DNA of 63,148 bases, the filler included, from Stramenopiles sp. TOSAG23-3 (Eukaryota): NCBI GenBank assembly GCA_900128585.1. It is 46 parts of 46 records of this genome, joined end to end, with 100 filler letters (N's around TTAATTAATTAA, not from the genome) between each part and the next. Parts side by side here need not be neighbours in the genome. Positions count along the whole stretch, not along the records: positions 57,799 to 59,061 come from LT646140.1; positions 59,162 to 60,424 come from LT646141.1; positions 60,525 to 61,786 come from LT646142.1; positions 61,887 to 63,148 come from LT646143.1; 42 more parts are not named here. One strand, written 5' to 3'. The position numbers and the translations under genes were made by a program. Positions 57,699-63,148 of the stretch are shown piece by piece. The notes below the pieces were generated by a model. It saw only the letters and a program-made list of their open reading frames with translations, searched no databases and had not been told where the DNA came from. Within the stretch, counting starts at the first letter, position 1. Every line of letters begins with the position of its first letter.

Positions 57699-58122
57699 NN
57701 NNNNNNNNNNNNNNNNNNNNNNNNNNNNNNNNNNNNNNNNNNTTAATTAATTAANNNNNNNNNNNNNNNNNNNNNNNNNNNNNNNNNNNNNNNNNNNNTG
57801 GAACAACGCACGCGCGTGGCAGCTACTGTTTAAGGGTGTGCTCGCACCTGTCTTGAGGGGTCGTGAAATTCTAGCACAACCTCATGGGCTCGATAACTTT
57901 TATCACTGCCCGTGCCTTGTGTGGGGTCTTCTGTGGCTTTGCGGTTGTACCTTTTAGGTGCTGTGGGGTGAGAATAGGGGGCGTTACCTTTTCTTCGGCC
58001 CCGCCCTTGTGTTAGGCCCACCTTCACGGGCAAACCCCGCACTGCTCTCGTGGCCTAGTTGGTGGTGAGGGGGCTCACGTCTCACCCGTTCTTTAAACTA
58101 CCGGCCGGACGTAGAGGCTTTT

Positions 58123-58662
58123 TTGTGGGCTCTCTTGGTGCGTGTAATGTTGTACTTGTATCTGAGAGCCGTAAAGCGTTACGTTATGCTGTGCCTACGT
58201 TATATGCTGACAGCGCTCCTTTACCTCGCAGGCGTATTAGTTGCTCTATATGCGACCCAATCAAGGGACATGGCTCACTGTGTGATTGCTTTACTCTTAC
58301 TTTTTGTTGGTGGATGTGTTTATTTGGCCATATCAGATAAAAAGCTTGAAGGCCTTTCGTTTAGGCAGAAGGTACAGGTGTGCGTGACCTACATGAAGGC
58401 CTACCCGGGCCTTCTTCTAACCCGTGCGAAGTACCGACTCCTGGGGCTGGTCCTGGGGCTGGGGTTGGTCGTAGTGTCTCGTGTGGCCTATGCCATCTTG
58501 TGGTGGGGGTCGCTAGACCACAGGCGGCGGGTGCTTTTTCTCGCCCTCCTCGCCTTCTTCCTACTGGAAGAAACCGTCCTGCGGCCCTACGGTTTCTCCC
58601 ATTTAGAGGTGCTCTCCCTTCTGGGGTGTCTCATCTGCTTCATCCTTATCATGTATTTCTAG
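58123..58662 (+). CDS. Very hydrophobic membrane ORF flanked by decayed copies of its own modules
   Basis: RDMAHCVIALLLLFVGGCV recurs as RDAAHCAIASPVLVVGGGV* at about 58874-58933. Confidence 0.45.
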   Translation: MWALLVRVMLYLYLRAVKRYVMLCLRYMLTALLYLAGVLVALYATQSRDMAHCVIALLLLFVGGCVYLAISDKKLEGLSFRQKVQVCVTYMKAYPGLLLTRAKYRLLGLVLGLGLVVVSRVAYAILWWGSLDHRRRVLFLALLAFFLLEETVLRPYGFSHLEVLSLLGCLICFILIMYF

Positions 58663-59161
58663 ATAAGGGGTAGCACAGGTAGGGTACGGCACACCGCCGC
58701 CTCTGCCCGTGGGTGTTATCTTTTTTGCCAAGTTACTGGGGGGTGGGCTTAAAACCATCTACATAGCCGGTCCTGGAAGAGGGATCGTTGTTGTGTTCGG
58801 GTCTTTCATCATAGGACTAGCGCGCAACTCCAACTGTGCTTGTGGTATTTACGTTATTTATTGGTTCGAATTAAGGGACGCGGCCCACTGTGCGATTGCT
58901 TCACCCGTACTTGTTGTTGGTGGGGGTGTTTAGAAGCAGCAGATGTTTATTTACGCCATCCTGGGCTTCGCCCTCCCGGGGGCGGCTGCCTTCCTCACCC
59001 TGTTCGCCTTCTAGGGGCTGGGTAGGGGGCACATAGGCCATCCTTTGGGCAGCTCTCGTGTNNNNNNNNNNNNNNNNNNNNNNNNNNNNNNNNNNNNNNN
59101 NNNNNTTAATTAATTAANNNNNNNNNNNNNNNNNNNNNNNNNNNNNNNNNNNNNNNNNNNN

Positions 59162-59240
59162 ACTAACGAACATCCCCTAGACTATATGTCGCGTGGTGGC
59201 GGGCAATTTATTTTTTAAACGGCTTTTTTTTCCTCTCCTC
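59162..59240. repeat. 79-nt exact inverted repeat of the other contig end (60346-60424)
   Basis: Exact reverse complement. Confidence 0.9.
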
Positions 59241-60560
59241 TTCTTCTTCTTCTTCTTCTTCTTCTACTACTTCTTCTTCTTCTTCATCATCACCACGCGC
59301 AGCAGCGACTTCTTCAACCCCCTAACACCCTAACACCCTAACACTAAACAGAAAAACCATTAAATAATTTAAAAGTATACAATTGTTATACTTATGTTTA
59401 TCCCTATTTGTTGAGCTTTTCTCCTCACCAGCTCTTCTCGCTTCTTCTTTTTTCTTTTTTTTTTTTTTTTCTCAAAAAAAAAAAGGGGTTATAATTAGGG
59501 TTATAAATATTATGGGATAAAATGGCCTATGAAATATGATATTAAGACTACAAATGCAGTACAAATCAATCGGAAGAGTCTGGATAAATGAATATTTTAG
59601 AGACGACTACGAGCAACAGCAACGAGCAACACGGGAGCTTCCTTCGAAACGAGCTACGAAAAAGCAACGAGTAGTACAGAAGGTATCAAAAGAAGAAATT
59701 TTGTTTTTGTAAACAAAACCAAAACAATTTCAACATAGTCTAACATTGCACAACACAGTTTTGAAATGGAATATAGAATACCATTGGATTCTTTTTATGA
59801 TCGATCTCGTCGATCTTCTTGTTGTTTTTTGTATTGTTGCTTTTCTTCCGAATGTATTTTAATACATCATTTAAATTGTAGTAGTCAGGTCTAATAATAA
59901 ATAGACAAAATAGCACCGCCATCTTGCGCCGAGCCAGTCTAGTCTGCCAACAAGTGTCGATTAATAATAAATATTTATCTATCTCTACTATCCTTCATCA
60001 TCCTCCTCCTCTGGTCGAAAAAGTACGGTATTATAACGTAGGTACCATTGGCATTACTACTACAAACAAAAAACAAATAAATTCATCCTTCTTTCTTCTA
60101 TTATTATTACTATTAGATGATTATATAATAATACTATTTACTGGTATAATAATAAAAATATCTTCTTCTACCGTCTTACTACTACGGTACTACACAAAAA
60201 ACAACACAACAAACAAGAAGAAGAATAAAATAAAAAATATTAAATATAATAAATATTAGTAATGAATGAAATCAATTACATATGCCAAAGAACGAAAGAA
60301 AGTAAAGAAAGACATTAATCCACCAGCCATTAAGTTATTTTCTAGGAGGAGAGGAAAAAAAAGCCGTTTAAAAAATAAATTGCCCGCCACCACGCGACAT
60401 ATAGTCTAGGGGATGTTCGTTAGTNNNNNNNNNNNNNNNNNNNNNNNNNNNNNNNNNNNNNNNNNNNNTTAATTAATTAANNNNNNNNNNNNNNNNNNNN
60501 NNNNNNNNNNNNNNNNNNNNNNNNAAGGGAGCTTTTGCAGTGTTGCACTCACAAGCAACC

Positions 60561-61769
60561 CTAATCCTCTAGTTTGGTGTTGTAGGCCAAAAAGTTGGGA
60601 TCACGATTGGTCCAAACCGGCCATTGCTTCTTTTCCATTGGTAACGCTTCCGCCACGTACAACAGACCATTGGGTTTAACGTGTGCGTTCATCATGCTTG
60701 AGATTTCTATTTGGCCTGCTTCAGGGTTGTGCTCCATGTTTTTAACCACCCTCCTCACGTCTTCGTCATGCAACTCCCCATCTTGGTAGGAATCGTGCCC
60801 GAACACAGACCCCAACGCGCATTCATTATCGTACATTTTGTGCAGACCGTAAACAACGATTGAATTTCTATGGTTCCAAAGTGCTCCTCCACTCTGTGCT
60901 TTGCTCCTTTCAAAAAGGGCAATGTCTACTTCAAAACTGGCACCTGCATCATTGTAACAAACGCCGCCATTTTCTCCGGCGAAGTTGTCCTTGAAGAGGA
61001 CGTCCTTTATCCACAAGTAGCCTTGGTTGAAAAATACCCCACCGTTGTTTTGCGAACCATTTTGTATGCAAGTGCTTGCAGATATCAGGCACTGGCCGTG
61101 CACCTCATTATAAATTACCCCATTTTTTGCCCTGCACTCTGAAAAAAATACCCTTTTCAGCTTTAAAATGCCGTTTTTGTTGTAAATGCCCCCGCCGTCC
61201 GTTCTTTTTATGCTCCCACACTCATTAATACTTAAGCGTTCGATTACAACGTTGCCAGAATTTATGTACAGTCCTCTAAATTGGTTGTTCCCGTGCAACG
61301 CACGATCGTTGCCACGAATGACCAGCTTCAGGCCTTTTCCCAGCGTTATCCTGTATTTTTTTGCCATTGTGTACGTGTCTAACAGCATTATATCTTTATC
61401 GAAGTTTATGACGACTCGCTTCAATTTCTTGAGAAAAATTTGCCCGTCCGCTGATCCGCCATCCCCGCGGTACTTGACTCGCTTCGCAATCGTCCCTCCG
61501 TTCTTTTTCTGCTGGTACAGCTGGTTTGCAATGAAAATGCAGGATATAAACTCTAGGTAGTTTGAAACATTGTATATTACTTCCGATCTGTCTATTTCTT
61601 TCAGTGTTTCATCTTCCAGAATCTTCATTATCTCCTCCTCTGCCGTCAAAGCGTCAGACTTTATATCAGAAAGCGCACCACTCCCTTCGGCATTCCGGCT
61701 TGCATTTTTCTCGCGCTCGCTGTTTCCTCTTTTAACGGATTGGACAAAGTTCTTCAATCGTTTCCACAT
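60561..61769 (-). CDS. Beta-helix (POMP-like GG[AVG][IL]xN repeat) protein, apparently complete, no signal peptide
   Basis: GGGIYN, GGVFFN, FKDNFAGENGGVCYN, GGALWN. Confidence 0.8.
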   Translation of the reverse strand: MWKRLKNFVQSVKRGNSEREKNASRNAEGSGALSDIKSDALTAEEEIMKILEDETLKEIDRSEVIYNVSNYLEFISCIFIANQLYQQKKNGGTIAKRVKYRGDGGSADGQIFLKKLKRVVINFDKDIMLLDTYTMAKKYRITLGKGLKLVIRGNDRALHGNNQFRGLYINSGNVVIERLSINECGSIKRTDGGGIYNKNGILKLKRVFFSECRAKNGVIYNEVHGQCLISASTCIQNGSQNNGGVFFNQGYLWIKDVLFKDNFAGENGGVCYNDAGASFEVDIALFERSKAQSGGALWNHRNSIVVYGLHKMYDNECALGSVFGHDSYQDGELHDEDVRRVVKNMEHNPEAGQIEISSMMNAHVKPNGLLYVAEALPMEKKQWPVWTNRDPNFLAYNTKLED

Positions 61770-61886
61770 CCTTTCTTAACCTTGACNNNNNNNNNNNNNN
61801 NNNNNNNNNNNNNNNNNNNNNNNNNNNNNNTTAATTAATTAANNNNNNNNNNNNNNNNNNNNNNNNNNNNNNNNNNNNNNNNNNNN

Positions 61887-62226
61887 AAGAGAGGGGCAAG
61901 TAACTGCCGTTGTCGCCGCAGGCAGCCCCACCAACTTCTTTCATTTTCCATTTTTTGTAGTTGTAAACGCCTATTGCCAAGTACACCAGTGCTGCCAAAA
62001 ACACTTGAATGGCTTTCCAGGTCCGTGTCTCTCGGGTGTCCCCTTTTGCCAGAATGATGTACCGTCCCTCTGCGTCTGCTAATATGTATATGGCGACGAA
62101 CGTCAAGGTGAAGGTTCCGAACGCGGCCAGCAGCGTGCACGCTTTGTTTCGCAGCACGCCCGGCGTTTTCCCGTCGTTCGACTTTTCCGCCGCCCCATTG
62201 GTTCCCCTGACCCCGGATATCTCCAT
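61887..62226 (-). CDS. Small two-TM protein, RNASEK/V-ATPase subunit f-like, 3' partial
   Basis: CTLLAAFG..TL..VAIY...QVFLAALVYLAIG spacing. Confidence 0.5.
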
Positions 62227-63148
62227 TCGTGCCGTGGCGCCGGTGTTGCGGAGAGAGAGAGAGAGAAGCAATGCAGCTGGCTTGTGTTCTTCTCTCTATA
62301 AACAATACAATATAGGTATGTATATATTATTTGCAGATAGGTTTCTTCGTTCGTTTCGTTTCTTTGATAACAGAATTGAAGCAAACGTTTCTTCTTCTTC
62401 TTTCTGGGATGAATTCCTCTCTTTCTGTTCCCTTTCTTCTTTTTGTGCCGCCACCATCGATCGCCACTGCCGCTCGGGTTAAAGTTTGAACTTTTTTCAA
62501 CAAACACCGAAGAAGAAGAAGACATTTTTTTTCTTCTTCTTCTTTTCTTCAATCTTCTCTCTCCTTGCTGTGTCCTCCTTATTTATTCAGATCTTTGTTA
62601 TGAAATTGAGAAGAAGAAGAAGAAGAAGAATTAATTAATAAATCTATATTTTGCGGTGCGTGGTTGATTTCAGGTCATTTATTATACTATATAAACTATA
62701 CAATACTTTACAATTAAGTAAGAAATATATTATTTAAAGTACACAATAATATGTATTATAAAGTACATAAATACCTATAAGAACGATTTTAATTTCTTTA
62801 CCCATCCTTTTCATCGTCGCGAAGAAAGAAAGAAAGAAAAAAAAAGGAAAGGGCCGCGTGGCAATTATGTAATTTCTATGCTGTGTACCTGTTAATAATG
62901 TAAACGAAAAAGAAAATTCTGGTCATTCTTCTTCAAAAAAAGAATTTTCGAGGAAGTTGTTCTTAAAATAGATATTTTCTTCTTCTTCTTGTTAAAAGTT
63001 TGTTTATGCAGCAAATGATAATCAATCGTGACTTGTTGACGTGTAGCCCTCTCTTCTATTTTCGCTTTTCCTACGTTCGGGTAAACCAAGGCTTCTTTCA
63101 TGCGCCATGGATGCTCTCGGCCACGCCCCTTCCCGTCCACCCGTCCTC

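Noticed and set aside
1-63148. Operons or gene clusters across contigs, and an alternative genetic code
   Set aside because: Contigs are ordered by length only. Conserved genes translate cleanly in the standard code and end in TAA, TAG or TGA

Overview
This window is not a contiguous locus. It is 46 unrelated contigs of about 1.26-1.29 kb, sorted by decreasing length and joined by an artificial 100-nt spacer (N44-TTAATTAATTAA-N44, stops in all six frames). Adjacency across spacers is therefore meaningless, and most genes are partial. The content is eukaryotic, nearly intron-free, with GC-richer coding DNA and very AT-rich, (GAA)n/(TAA)n-rich intergenic DNA. It fits a flagellated heterotrophic protist, probably a stramenopile (inference from IFT70, CCDC93, LAMTOR3, Spg1/Tem1, cathepsin Z, CCDC53-like repeats and a Crypton-like ORF). 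Exact 79-nt terminal inverted repeats and ORFs that derail about 75 nt from contig ends suggest a whole-genome-amplified (single-cell) assembly with chimeric ends. All product calls come from motif recognition, not database searches. The best leads are: (1) two internalin-like LRR paralogues with a nearly invariant 66-bp DNA scaffold, hypervariable concave-face codons and a C-terminal CaaX anchor, both in tightly packed virus-like neighbourhoods; (2) an in-frame histidine acid phosphatase-indoleamine 2,3-dioxygenase fusion; (3) an apparently circularly permuted FYVE finger; (4) a saposin-like multi-peptide precursor; (5) a bacterial-type ELWxxDGT repeat fused to eukaryotic Cys repeats; (6) a dispersed element found on the sense strand just 3' of four unrelated genes.
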